From Azolla caroliniana (Eukaryota; Plantae; Polypodiophyta), in assembly GCA_043228905.1 (NCBI GenBank), contig JBHGNT010000017.1, positions 7,688,001 through 7,752,000 of the forward strand: a stretch of 64,000 nt of DNA. Direction: 5' to 3'. Under the pieces are notes generated by a model that worked only from the letters and a program-made list of their open reading frames with translations, was not told the origin of the DNA and made no database searches. This document shows, piece by piece, positions 36,701-49,320 of this stretch. How positions within the stretch are numbered: the first letter of the stretch is position 1; the number at the start of each line of letters is the position of its first letter. Both the position numbers and the translations under genes were made by a program.

Positions 36701-39700
36701 GACTCTCTTCACGGGTCCCGATTTCATGCTCATCCGGAGGCATCTCGGCCTCGCTGACCTCATCGTCAGAACTCGGATTAGAGGTGAGGTCCGGAGTCGG
36801 AGGCAAGTACCAGGACGCAGACTCATCAAACACAATGTCGCGGCTCACGCGCGCTTGTTTGGTGCGAGGGTTATAACACTTATAACCCTTCTGCTCGTCT
36901 GAATAGCCGACCAAGATGCACTTCTCGGCTTTCGCGTCCAACTTCCTCTGTTTCTCCTTTGGTACATGCACATACACAATGCTACCGAAAAGTCTCGAGT
37001 GTCACAGATTCGGCTTCGTTCCAAAGTATAGCTCATGTGCCGACACTTTTTCTCCGATCCGATTCTGGATGTATACCGCAATTCGCACCGCCTTGGCCCA
37101 ATAGAACTTGGGCAAGCTCTTTTCTTCCAGCATTGCCCGCACCGCTTATACAATTGACCGGTTCTTCCTCTTGGCCACACCGTTTTGCTCTGGCGTGTAT
37201 CTACAATTGAATTCGTGTCGAATTCCCATCTGTTGCAGATAGCCGTTGAATTTACCGGAAAAGTACTCTTTTCCGCCATCCAACCGCAAACACTTGATCT
37301 TTCTTCCTGTTTCCCTTTCGACAAAACTTTTGAGGTCTCGGAAACAGTCGAAGACTTCACTCTTCTTCTCAATGAGGTAGATCCACATGTGCCGCGTATA
37401 GTCATCGATGAAAGAGACGAAATATCGACTCCTGCCAAGACTAACGTTTTGTGTCGGCCCCCATACATCAGAATGTATCAAGTCAAGCTTGTTCCGGCTC
37501 CGGTTACACTCGTTGGGGAAAGGAAGTCGGTGTTGCTTCCCTAGTTGGCCGGCTTCACAAATTCGTGCCTTCCGGCCACTGAATTTGGGCAATCCCAACA
37601 CCACCTGTTTCGATTGCAGGTCCTGAAGCCATTGATAGTTGACGTGGCCTATCCGCTTGTGTCATAAGTCAATATCCAACTCGACTTTTTGTCCTTTCGC
37701 GAACATTGCAGTGCCACCGTCACTAGAGTCGAGGATAAACATCCTCCCGTCTCTGCGCCCTTGTGCAATAACTCGGCCTTCTTCCTCGATGAAGCACCCG
37801 AGATGCGTGAACCGAACTTGCATCCCCTAGTCGACGATCTGCCCGACTGACACCAGATTCTTTGTGATTGTCGGGACGTGTAACATGTTCATGAGTTTCC
37901 CTTTCTGCCCGACATGGCTCAGGGGAACTTCACCGACATTCGCGATCGGATGCGGAGTGTCGTCTCCGGTTGCGACTACTCCTAGTTGCATCGGCTTCTC
38001 AAGGTATGAGAACCACTCCTTGTGGCACGTCATGTGGTTTGACGCGCCGGAGTCGACGTACCACACCTCGTCCAATTTCAGGGCGGACATCTTTATCGAG
38101 TTCGCTTCGTGTCTCATCACGAAGGTTGACCCTTTTCCGGCTTTTCCGGACCCTTCAGTGTAGTGCGATCGTTGCCGATTTCCTTTGTCGGTTTGTCCGA
38201 AGCCTGATCCGAATCCGGTCCTCTCTGAATTGGCGCGCTTTTTCCGTCACTCGCTCTCCCTGTGGCCTTTCTTGCCACAATACCAGCATTCCGCGGCGAA
38301 TTTCCCTTGCCGGTTCTTGTCACCTCGATTCCCCCTATTTCTAGAGGGTTCGGAATTGCTGTCGGCATCACTTCGGTGCCTTCTTCCTTGATCCTATCGG
38401 CCGCCTCCACTGCGCACCAACTCGCCTCGTCCGCCACGGCCATGGGGCCTATCTCCCTCTGTGTACAACATCTTGTTGTCGGCATGTGTGCTCGTCAACG
38501 CACCCGCGTTGTTCTCCTCTATAAGGAGCATTAACTGTAGGTCGAAAAACGACGATGTATTCTCCCGTGTACACACAGCAGTTCGGAAGGCTCCAAACTT
38601 CGTCGCTAGTCCCCCGAGACAGATTTGCACCATCTCGCCTTCCTCGACGTTCACATCAATGGAGGCTAAGGAGTCGCCTATATCTTTGATCTTCGAGGTG
38701 TAATCAGCCACTGACAAGTCGCGTTGTCGTAGGTTGCTCAGCTCCTGTCGGAGTTGAAGCTTCCTGGCTATAGTGCTTGCGGCGAAAATCTTCTTCAGAT
38801 TTCCCGAAGCATCTTTCGGCGTTTTTGCATCCCGAATATAGCTCAAGAGCTATTCGCCCACACAAGACGCGAAGCAGTACAATACTCTGCTCGCCGACTG
38901 TTCCCAAGCCGGGAAGTCTTTGTGTGTCGAATCAGGTGCTATGTCATTTGCTCCGTCGACATAGCTCCAGTAACCATGCCCGAGTAGGTACTGGAGCATC
39001 TTGTAAGACCAAGACGCGTAGTTGTTTCTATCGAGCTTCTCTGTTGGAAGTGAGCTAGCCATACCTCTATCCATTTTGTTTTTCCTCTTCTTTGCAAAGA
39101 TTAGGTTTTCTTCTTGAGCTAAGGTCGGCTGCAGAGGTTCTCAACCCTCGCGCTCTAATACCATGAAAAGAATAACATGCGGAAGCAATAGAAAACCAAC
39201 ACAGAAAATACACAGGTTTAATGGAGAGCTTGAGTATACACAGTACGCGGGAGAGACTGAGAGAGAGAATACACAGAAAACTAAATTCAAAATAATACTC
39301 AATCTGTACATACACCGTGCTCATCGAGCACCTTTTATACAAGCCCTGACAATAGAGCTGACACAAGTACTGACAGTACTTGACTACTCATAAATGAGCC
39401 TCAACACTCACTCCCAAAATTATTCCTTACGAGGAATATCTCTCTAACGGCCTTTTGGTTTACGCACCGATACGGCCAAGTTGTGCATACCGATTTACGC
39501 ACCCAGTCTACGCACTGGGTTACGCATCGTATCACGCACGAATGTTGAGCTTGTCTCTCAACAGTAGGATAAATTACACTTAGCGTAGAATGGTAATTAA
39601 CAATGATTCAGATACAAAACAACAACACTCTATTAATTATCTGCTAATGATTACAATCTAGCCAACCCTTTTTATAGGTCTTCGGCTTTAGGTACAAACC

Positions 39701-41798
39701 AATGCCAACCGGCAACCGGCTACGAACTGGTCCGGATTCGGATCGGCATACCGATTCCGTGTCCGTCCGTTCGCTTCTCAAATCATAATAATTCTATATA
39801 AATATATAATTAGCTCCCGGTTATTAATTATCCCCTCGTTTCCCATTTTGGACTTCCCTTGTCGGCTGGCTAACACATGGCACGCCCGTGGGACAGTACC
39901 TTGTACATCAAATCCCACTATCCGGCCTTCATTCATCCTCCAAAATGTCCAGAATACTTTGATCTAAGGGTTCCAATGGTTCCTTGGGAAGTTGTTCTGT
40001 CGTCGGCTACTGTTATTCCTGCGATTGTGGCGGCTCCTCTTGCCACTCCGGCTCCGGCTGTGTCTGTTGTTGGTGGGCATTCGTTGTCTGCGGCTCTGTC
40101 AGTCTGACCAGCTCTTCCTCTTTTTCCGGCTCACCCGGCCTTGGTGTCTCCGTCGGTCTCACCAGCTCTATCTCCATGTCCGGCTCAACTGATCTTACCG
40201 GCTCTTCCCCTTTTTTCGGCTCAACCGGCCTTGGCATCTCCTGGTTTTGCTGTCCGGCGTGCCCCGGTGTCTACCGATGACCTTTCTCTAGCGGCGCCTC
40301 TTGCGTACTATCTGGTTGGTTTTCCTCGGCTGTAATCGGCATTTGTTCTAAAGATGGCTCCTCGTCACTTATGCTAATCGCCGCAGTTTTCTTGGCCACT
40401 TCTTGCCGTTGCCTTTCCCGTTCGTACTTCTCGAAGCGGAATTGGTTGTCCAACTGGTCATCATCCAGTTGTGCCACCAATTGGCGTACCGCCACCCTCT
40501 ACTCATCAGCCAAGGATAGGAAATCATCCGATAGTTCATCCTTTATTGTTTCAATGCTTTCTCTATCCAGGATGTAAACTTCGCCACCTTCTTTCCGCCG
40601 GTTTTCCGCATCTGCCCGCAACAACTGTAGAACTTCGTTCTACTTCGGCAACGGTCAAGCGTTGCGACACATGGTTTGCTTCCCATGTCTGGAGAAATGC
40701 ATAGCCATGAGCTTCTATGTCCGGATCATCCTGGTACTTGGGATATTGGAACGGCATGTCGTCGTTCGATGTTGGAGGTCTTTCCTCCTCTTCTTTCGGT
40801 GTCAGAGGTTTTGCCTCCTCTTCTTTTGGTGTCCCACATAGCGGTGTCAGGAGTTGATCCGCCACCTGCCAATCTGGGGCTTCCAGTTCCGTTAGCTCTG
40901 GTTTTGGTGTCGGCAAGGTATCCGATTGCTCGTCCTCCGGTCCGTCTGGGGTGTTGTGGCTGCTACGGTAATTTGAATGGGCGCTGCATTCGCCGTCTGA
41001 ATCCGATTCGAAGGCCGAGAATGGTTCTGAATCGCCTCCCCCTGTCACTAGTGCCTGCAGAATGGATTCCGCATCCCGAAGACTGCTCAAGTTGCTTCCT
41101 TCGTCCAGTTGGGAATTCTGCTGCCTGCGGAGTGGCTCTACGGCCACTCGCCGGATTACTTTGGAAAATGAGCGATCTGCACGGATCTCTTCTTCCGCCT
41201 ATTGGAAAGCCTCTCGCTTCCGCAATCGTTCGGCAAGTCTTCTTGCTCGCTCCGTAACCGGGTCGTTTGTTGGTCTAGTCATCCATGCCCGTCATTGTTC
41301 GTTGCGTTTGTGCAGTAATCATGGTCGCCAAAAACTGTGTTATCGCTAGGGCTAGACGATGGCCTAACACAGGGTGTCTCCTTGAGACACTTCACTAAAG
41401 GGTGTTGCGGTGAGATAGAGTTAGACCGACTATTAACGGATCCTTAATGAGTTACTAGCGGCAATATCATTAGTCACAATACATGTGTAGGATAAATTAC
41501 ACTTAGCTCAGAACGGTAATTAACAATGATTCAGATACAGAATAAAAACACTCTATTAATTATCCGCTAATGATTACAATCTAGCCGGCCCTTTTTATAG
41601 GTCTCCGGCTTTAGGTACAAACCAATGCCAACCGTCAACCGGCTACAAACTGGTCCGGATCCAGATCGGCATACTGATTCCGTGTCTGTCCGTTCGCTTC
41701 TCAAATCATAATAATTCTATATAAATATATAATTAGCTCCCAGTTATTAATTATCCCCTTGTTTCCCATTCTGGACTTCCCTTGTCGGCCAACTAAAC
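33726..41798 (-). mobile_element. Gag-only gypsy-like deletion derivative; its 3' LTR is interrupted by a copia element
   Basis: LTR 41338-~41798 matches 33726-33879 plus 39569-39875. The TATA is on the minus strand. Short PBS TGGCGACC then ATG at ~41320-41330. Gag-like FQYPKYQDDPDIEAHGYAFLQTWEANH resembles the ORF at 966-1307. Confidence 0.85.
33880..39563 (-). mobile_element. Full-length but decayed Ty1/copia element
   Basis: LTRs at 33880-34264 and 39164-39563, which have diverged. TSD GTAGG at 33875-33879 and 39564-39568. PBS TGGTATTAGAGC at 39152-39163 and PPT at ~34265. Gag (MASSLPTEKLDRNNYASW), PR, INT, RT and RNase H are present with stops and frameshifts. Confidence 0.95.
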
Positions 41799-43158
41799 TG
41801 ATTTTGTCAAGCTTCCACACGCTAACTTTTACACAACCCTACCTGCCTAGTGAACCAGGATCTCCCGCTAGACAACCATTTATCTTGATACTTCAAGATC
41901 AATGGATGTTGGAAATGTGTGAGCGGTTGACCCTAAACAACTCTTGGGCAATCGACTCGACATTTAAAACAAACCAATTTGGGCTGCCATTATATGCATT
42001 TGTTGGCCCCAACACCATGAGAATTGGGATCCTGTTATGGTACATGCTTTGTAGTTCTGATAAGGGGTCAAACCATGAGCAAGTCGCGCTAGAAACTTGC
42101 TTGAGAGTCATATTCACAAGGATGCCTACCGTGAGGCCAAATGCGATAGTGATTGATAAATGTTGGACATCATATAATGCCATAACTAATGTCTTTGCAT
42201 CAAACCATCAATCTTGGATTGTTGTAAATGGGCAACGGTCGCAAACACATTGTCAACTTTTGTTCTGTCAATTTCACGCCAAAAATTCATGGGTGGACAA
42301 CTTGTTGCCAAAAGTAAGTGCAACTGAGGGAAGCCATCTTTATCAACGAATGTGCCAACTGATGCAATGCATTACTAAATCCGCATTCAATGCGATGTGT
42401 GAGTAGTTAACAGTAGAATATGCAGACAAGCCCAGTGTTTGGCAATATATAGAAGGAGGATGGTGTGGTTTGACATGTGTGTGGAGGAAACTTTGGCCCA
42501 AGTTTGGTAGAATGTTCAACTACGAACATGTTGACACTACCAATATTGTGGAAAGACATTGGTAGTTTATCAAGTATACTGCCTTGAGAGGAAGAATAAA
42601 CCGAACAATTACCGACCTTGTGGATGTCTTAATCTAGGACAATGAAACTGGCACTTGCATCGAAGGAACAATCGTAAAATGGTACAAGCAACAACAAGAA
42701 ATATGTGAGACTGGTCAATTTGCACCCCATGCAAATTGTAGGGATCAAAGATCCCGACTTAAAGAGGCCGAGAGAATATTGGAAAGGTATGTTGATGATA
42801 CTTCCACAATGCATATTGTGGATGAGGCCCAATATTGGTTTAGAATCTTGAGCATGACGACTCCCACTCTATGGTATAATGTCTCACTCCAATGCTCGTA
42901 TTGTGATTGCCAAGACCTTGCGAGTAAATGTAAGCATTTACTCGGTATCCGAATGATTATTGAGAGGCATATGCCACATTTATGTGGCTCGTTGCCTTTT
43001 ATAGATCACGCGACCCAAATGCGAATGGACCATCATACAGAAATAGAAGTGGAGACAAAGGTAGAACGAGTCAGGGAGACAAACCCCACAACATCATAGA
43101 TTGAATCATTGAAGTCCAAAATACAAATGGCCGAGGAAGCAGTTCAATGTCTCAAGCA

Positions 43159-43504
43159 GTTGGTCATATTGGTCTACGGGGTTGTTTACCTCTTTTTCTG
43201 ATGGTGATGAACAGTATATAGGTGTAGAAACAGTATTCTCTGGGCATATCTGCCATGGTGGCCCTGAAAAGATACTTTTGGAAGCAGCACTGAATGCGAT
43301 ATTTACATTGAGCAGCACTATGGTGGAGGAGGTGTTGTTTTCTGTAGTTGAAGCTATTTGTTTTAGATGGGGTTCAATAGTTCAATAGTTTTCTACTTAA
43401 TTATGTTGAATTTTTCTTTGTAAATACTGAACTTTTTTGTATATTGCCTTTGGCCACTTTATGTTAATACCAATGGAGGATATTTTTTATGGAAAATAAA
43501 ATAA
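43159..43504 (+). mobile_element. Short non-LTR-type insertion in the MULE transposase
   Basis: 13-bp TSD AATGTCTCAAGCA at 43146-43158 and 43505-43517, with an A-rich tail AAAATAAAATAA. Removing the insert restores VQCLKQGLG. Confidence 0.7.
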
Positions 43505-44177
43505 AATGTCTCAAGCAAGGGTTAGGAACCTTTGACCGTGCAACATTGGAATATATGACTGAGAAGGTGTATCACATTGGTGCACCAAAATCAACCAATG
43601 AAGAAGATGTCAGATCAATAAGTCGTAACCAACAAATCGGTGCCAAACGAAGCACAACAATAGAAATCTCGCAAGAACTTATTAGCAGCTCCCCAAACAC
43701 TTCCAAATCCCACATCGGAAAACTACAAAGAGGTGCAAGTCGGGCTAGGAGGCGATTGCCAATATGGGACCATGAGAAGGTTCAGTGTTTGCATTGCGAT
43801 GGCTTGACCTTGACTTCAAGGGACTCGATTCTTACATGTAAAAATTGTGGTTGCATTTTGCCATCATCCTGACATGAGCTATAATTGTTATATGTAACGT
43901 GTGTATTCATATTTCATTTTAGGGTTCCAAGGCTTGGATTATTTCCATTGTCAACATTTGACGTTCTAATATTTTATGTAAGACTTATTATTTGAATCTT
44001 TAAGGTGATTTGTTATTTGAAGCTAGGTGATATAAGTTTATGTGATTTTTGCGTATTAAGTTTTAGGTTTTGAGCAATTGGAAGTTTAGTTTTTTTTGAG
44101 TAATTTTATGCATCATTTTCATGGCAAATATTTGTTGTACACTTACAATTTTTTGGAGTTTTTGATGCTTGTTTCTA

Positions 44178-44427
44178 AGTCGGGCTCCTGCCCTGAGTCG
44201 GTCGAGCTCTTGGTGATAGAGGTTGTCAGACAACGGGGCTCTTTTTGACAGAGTCAGGCTCCTAGTTATAGAGGTTGTCAAACAACGGGGGCTCCTTTTG
44301 ACAGAGTCGGGCTCCTAGTTATAGAGGTTGTCAAACAGCAGGGCTCCTTGTGACAGAGTCAGGCTCCTAGTTACAGAGGTTGTCAGACAAGCGGGGCTCC
44401 TTGTGACAGAGTCAGGCTCCTAGTGAT
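44178..44427. repeat. ~41-bp subterminal tandem repeat, about 5-6 copies
   Basis: Unit GGCTCCTAGTTATAGAGGTTGTCAGACAACGGGGCTCCTTTTGACAGAGTCA-like. Confidence 0.9.
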
Positions 44428-44586
44428 AGTCACTGTCAACTTTTTATCCACATTGGACAGTGGAGATCGCAAGCGCCATCAATGGTGCGACCTGCACCGT
44501 CCGCGCCCGCAGTTCCCTCACTTGCCCTCTTTAATTTTTGGTACTAGTTAGTCACGAGCATTACATAATATATACAATACATTCAT

Positions 44587-47500
44587 CGACATTTCTATTT
44601 GCTACCAAATAATAATTAGGCTTGGTGAGGAAATCTCAGACACGGACGGTGCAGAACACGTTTTGAATGGCGAGTGCAATCTACACCGTTCGATCTCTAT
44701 CTATAAAAAGCACGTGCTTAAAACCTAACCCGGGTCTGACGGGCCCTTGTCACATCTAACCCGGGTAGTGACGATGCCATTTGATTACCTAACCCAACCA
44801 CTCATCACCTAACCTGGGGAATGTAATTATCTAAGCCTAATCCGGAGTCTTCACCTAACACGGGCCTTATAATCCAATTGTCCTAACCCGGTCCTTCGAA
44901 CCTAACCCAGGCACAACTCCAACAAGATTAAAACCTTGCATAAATTCTTTTTCCCCAAATTTTCAAAATTTGGAACCTACACCTACATCTGCAAGTGCAT
45001 CAGAACCAAAAGCTACCCCCACACCTACATTAGAATAGCTACTGGATACACGGTAAGGTACATTCTTTCCCTCTTTTCTCTCTTTGCCTCTCTATAGTTA
45101 TTAGGCATCCAAGACTCTGTTCATATGATCTTTCATCTTAGTTGAAAAATTGAAAAACATTGATCATCATATGTCTTTCCTACCATTAAGAACTATGCCC
45201 CATCTCTTATGAATTTGGTATGCTATTTATTTCTAAATCGTATATCTACTAGCAAATATGTGTGGCTGATTATATAACTAGTTATAAATTATTATTCTAA
45301 AAAATTAGAACAGATGGTATATTTTGCTTTTGGATGGTCATTTTATAGAGTTGCTTGGCTATGGATGAGGAATAGATTTTTTTGTCATAGCCCTATGATG
45401 TTTTCAAATCCAAATTTTTTTGTCATGTGACATTTTCAAAGGCCTTAGATAGATGGATTGCCATCAAATTCTCATGTTGGTAATTGCCATCAAATTCTCT
45501 AAACACACAAAAGGCTCTATTCTATATGAGTTAACAAGTGCTTAATACATGTGACCTCTCATGGCTAATAATATCATAGCTCTCGGCTAATATTGTAGCT
45601 CCTCCATGTGCATTGATCCTTACACACCCATATATGTATTTTCATTCGCATTCTTCTTAACCTCCTATGATATTCTCCTAACACTACTTTTAAAGAGTTA
45701 TTCTCTTAATTCTACCCTCTTTAGGCTACGTAATTAAGGGCCCCAAATTTCATACGGTGTACGACAAATCAAGACCGTCAAGTAATATTTTGGTCAATAC
45801 ATCAAGGATCAAGGATGAGTCGGTTCATATCTAGCCAATTATTGCTGACTTATAATATGTACTTTGTCTCAAGAAGTGTTTCTAGAACTCATAAGAGGAA
45901 ATACAAGATTATGTCATTGTGTAAAAACTATAGTATATATTCATTAACCAAAAGACGAGATAGAGGAGAAACATTAATAAATGTTGGTTGGATGTCCCCA
46001 TTTTAAGTTTTCGAGCATAAGCAAATCCTTTTTTTGTTTTTTTAAGTAAGAAAATGGGCATTTCTAGCATTTCATCCTTCGCATGATAGCATTGTAGATG
46101 GATGGAAAGTGAGTATTATGAAAACACACAACTCCCTTGGTGCATAACGATTCTTCAATTGCTTTTCAGCTTTCAAATATATAATATTGTTAGATTGATG
46201 GCTGCTCAATCCTAACAATTCCTTGACATGGATGGATTTTGGGGTGAAAGAAGAACCAATCAGGACAGGTACTATTCAAATTCATTCAAAAAATATGTTA
46301 TAGTCATTGAATGTTTTAATGAAGATGTTCTATTTTCAGCAATGGCAACAAGGTTTATGTACGAAGGAGGAAAAAAAACCACAATTCAAGATGGATGGAG
46401 ACACAAGACAATATGGATGAGGCAAGGGCTTTAGAAAGTGTAGACATCGTAAGCCAACAGACCCACTGTGAGTTGACAAATGTGATAAATGCCGATGGGA
46501 CTTCATCAGGTAAGGGTTTAGATAAGGCTAATCAATACAAAATGTATTTTTGTAATGCATCTTATACATTGTTGTCATTGTGAAATCAGGTGGAGTTGAC
46601 ACCCTCCAAATGTTCAAGTGTGTTCGAGATCCAATGGGGATCAAATGTCAAGTATGCATAGTCGCAAAGTCGTGCCAGGAAAACCCACGATGGTTTCACA
46701 AGAAAGTGGATTTGGAGGCACATTTATTGAAGGAACATGGCTTGTACATGTTTATTATACCCCTCAGTATTGTAATTGGGTTTATTGTAATAGCCACACT
46801 TGTATCTCAGAGACGTAATATTGGTCCATTTGTTAAAGCCATATGGCATGTGTAAACAAACTTGTAGGTACTCTCGGTATTAAAGTCAATTGTCTTGCAA
46901 TTTTGGACAATATGAATGCCTTGTAGGTATTGTAAATTTCGGCATGTAATTTTGCCCATAATATATTGTATTTTACGTGTCAATACAAAGCCACACTTTT
47001 TGATAAATTCTTGCGCATATTGTAGTAACTTTTGTTTGTGCATATTACGCTATAAACAATGAATCAGACGTTCTATTAATTGGGGAAGAATAAACCGTTC
47101 TATTACCAATCTTGTGCATGTTTTAATTGGGGACAGTGTCTCTGGCACTTGCATCGGCGGGACCGTGGTAGAATGGTACATGCAACGACAAGAGATATGT
47201 GAGAGTGGTAGATTCCAACCCCGTGCAAATTGTAATGATCAAAGGTCAAGACTTAAAGAGGCTGAGAGGATACTAGAAAGATATGTGACCAATAGCAACT
47301 CGGTACATATTGTGGACGAGACCTGATATTGGTTTCAAATATTGAGCATGACCACTCCCACTGTATGGTACAATGTCTCACTCCAATGTTCATATTGTGA
47401 TTGTCAAGACTTTGCAAGTAAATGTAAGCATTTGCTTGCGATTTGGATGATCGTTGAGAGACATATGCCATCACTATGTGGATCATTACCATTTATAGAT

Positions 47501-49219
47501 CATGCAACCCAAATGCAAATGGATGATGCCACAATGGATAGAGTGTTGGGATTACGGTCCCTCCGGATGGGATGGTCGGATGTCCGGGAATGAGGAGTAC
47601 CCGGTATCGGACCCGGATGATGAAGACCCGGTTCCGGATCCGGATGATGAAGACCCGGTTACGGATCCGGATGATGAAGACCCCGGCTACGGAGCCGGAT
47701 GATGAAGACCCCGGCTACGGAGCCGGATGACGAATGTACCCGGAGAGAGAGATCCGGATGCGGGGACATATTTGTGAATATGTTTGCCAAGGGCCCTTGA
47801 GGCTATATTTGTAAATAGCCCGAAAGTCATATGTGTATAAATATGACTTAGGGCAAACAGTTTTGTTGTTGTTGCTCATTTTTCTGTTTTCCATTTAGAG
47901 GGAGCGAAGTGAGAGCAACCGAGAGAGAGAGAGAGAGAGACGAAGAGGTTGTTGCCTTTGTGTATTACCGCCGCCTGTGGCGAAGACAATGAGCTCAAGG
48001 TTGTTGCCTTGTAGCTTCACCATTGTACATCCCTGCGTATAGTGATAGTTGGAGTCTTGCACTCCCGTGGTTTTTCCCATTTAGGGTTTTCCACGTAAAA
48101 CATACTGTGTACTCTTCTCTCTATTGTCTTCGTGCACTTTGTATTTCCTGTTTTCGGAGAGTTGATCCTATTCCTCGGTTGTGGCCGAGGACGGTGTTTA
48201 ACATAGAGAACTAGAGTCGACACAAGAAGCAAAAGTCGAGATGAATTTAGAAATTGACGAAAGGGAAGAAATAAAGTTAGAAGCACATCAAACTATGGAA
48301 GCACTTCAACTTCTCGAGCAAGGATGGGGAGCAATGAATAGTGCGCCTCTTGAGCGTTGTCGGCAACTCATGGTAGATTTTCGAAAGGAATTGTTCTTAT
48401 CTATGGGTGCATCGACAACAACCAATATGGCATCGGGAGGTTCAATAAGTTGGAAGCAACAAATTGGTGTGAAAAGAGGAGCCATGCCCAACATTTCACA
48501 AGAACTTATTGGTAGCTCCCCAAACATGACCAAAACACACACTAGTAGACTACAAAGAGGTGCTCGTCGTGCTAAGAAGCGGTTGCCAATATGTGACATT
48601 GAGAAGGTTCGATGTTTGCATTGTGATGGTTTGACATTGACTTCAAGAGACTCCAATGCAAATTGCTACAAAATTTGTGGGTGTATCTTGCCATGCTTTG
48701 AACAAGAGCCTTGATCTCATAGTTTTTATTACATTACATCATGTGATTATTATATGTAAAACCGTGCAATTTTGTATTATAAAAATTAGGCTTGATATTT
48801 TTGAGTAATCGTAGCATCTTTTTTTAACTATGATCTCTTTAAAAATTTTAATAGGGTACCTGGGTTAGGTGCATGCACCCGGGTTAGGTTTGTGTACCCG
48901 GGTTAGGTTAGACCTGGTTTAGGTGTGATAGAGGCTTGTTAGATCCGGGTTAGATGTGACAGAGGCAATTGTCAAACCCGGGTTAGATGTGACAGATCCG
49001 ATTGTTAGACCTAGGTTAGATGTGACAGAGGCTTGTCAGACCCAGGTTAGATGTAACAAAGGCTTGTCAGACCCGGGTTAGGTTTTCAGCGCGCGCTTTT
49101 TGTGGATAGAGATCGAACGGTGCAGATCACACGCGCCATTCAAAACGTGTCCTGCACCGTCCGTGTCCGGGATTTCCTCACCAAGCCTAATTATGATTTG
49201 GTTGCAAATAGAAACGAGC
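44587..49219 (+). mobile_element. Mutator-like element 2 with long TIRs and 9-bp TSD (internally deleted)
   Basis: TIRs at ~44592-44770 and ~49010-49214 are reverse complements. TSD TACATTCAT at 44578-44586 and 49220-49228. Internal C2H2-like exon (~46590-46750), SWIM region (47085-47540) and C-terminus (48209-48714) are homologous to MULE 1. Confidence 0.88.
47544..48203 (+). mobile_element. Solo LTR of the Tnt1-like copia family inside the MULE transposase
   Basis: TG...CA, TSD TAGAG at 47539-47543 and 48204-48208, homologous to the 10344 and 61740 LTRs. Confidence 0.95.
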
Positions 49220-49270
49220 TACATTCATACATTACATGATATATACATACATACATTCATACATTACATA

Positions 49271-49301
<31 letters not shown>

Positions 49302-49320
49302 TACATACATACATACATTA
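49220..49320. repeat. (CATA)n/(TA)n microsatellite
   Basis: Direct reading of the sequence. Confidence 0.9.

Larger units (their letters stand above)
41800..44559 (+). mobile_element. Mutator-like element 1 (5' truncated) with transposase pseudogene
   Basis: MULE DDE motifs AIDSTFKTN, IVIDK, CQFHAK and TTNIVE. SWIM finger CDCQD...KCKH and C-terminal CxxC...CxxC. Subterminal ~41-bp tandem repeats. The terminus ...CACGAGC at 44559 resembles the right end of element 2. Confidence 0.85.

Noticed and set aside
44178-44427. Regularly spaced ~41-bp repeats resembling a CRISPR array
   Set aside because: The units are contiguous tandem copies without unique spacers, there are no cas genes, and the context is eukaryotic. 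They are MULE subterminal repeats.
44720-49085. Idea that the CCCGGG/CCGG-rich repeats are targets of the amino-MTase (SmaI-like specificity)
   Set aside because: The target-recognition and catalytic regions are not interpretable, and the MTase is not physically linked to these elements; this is pure speculation.
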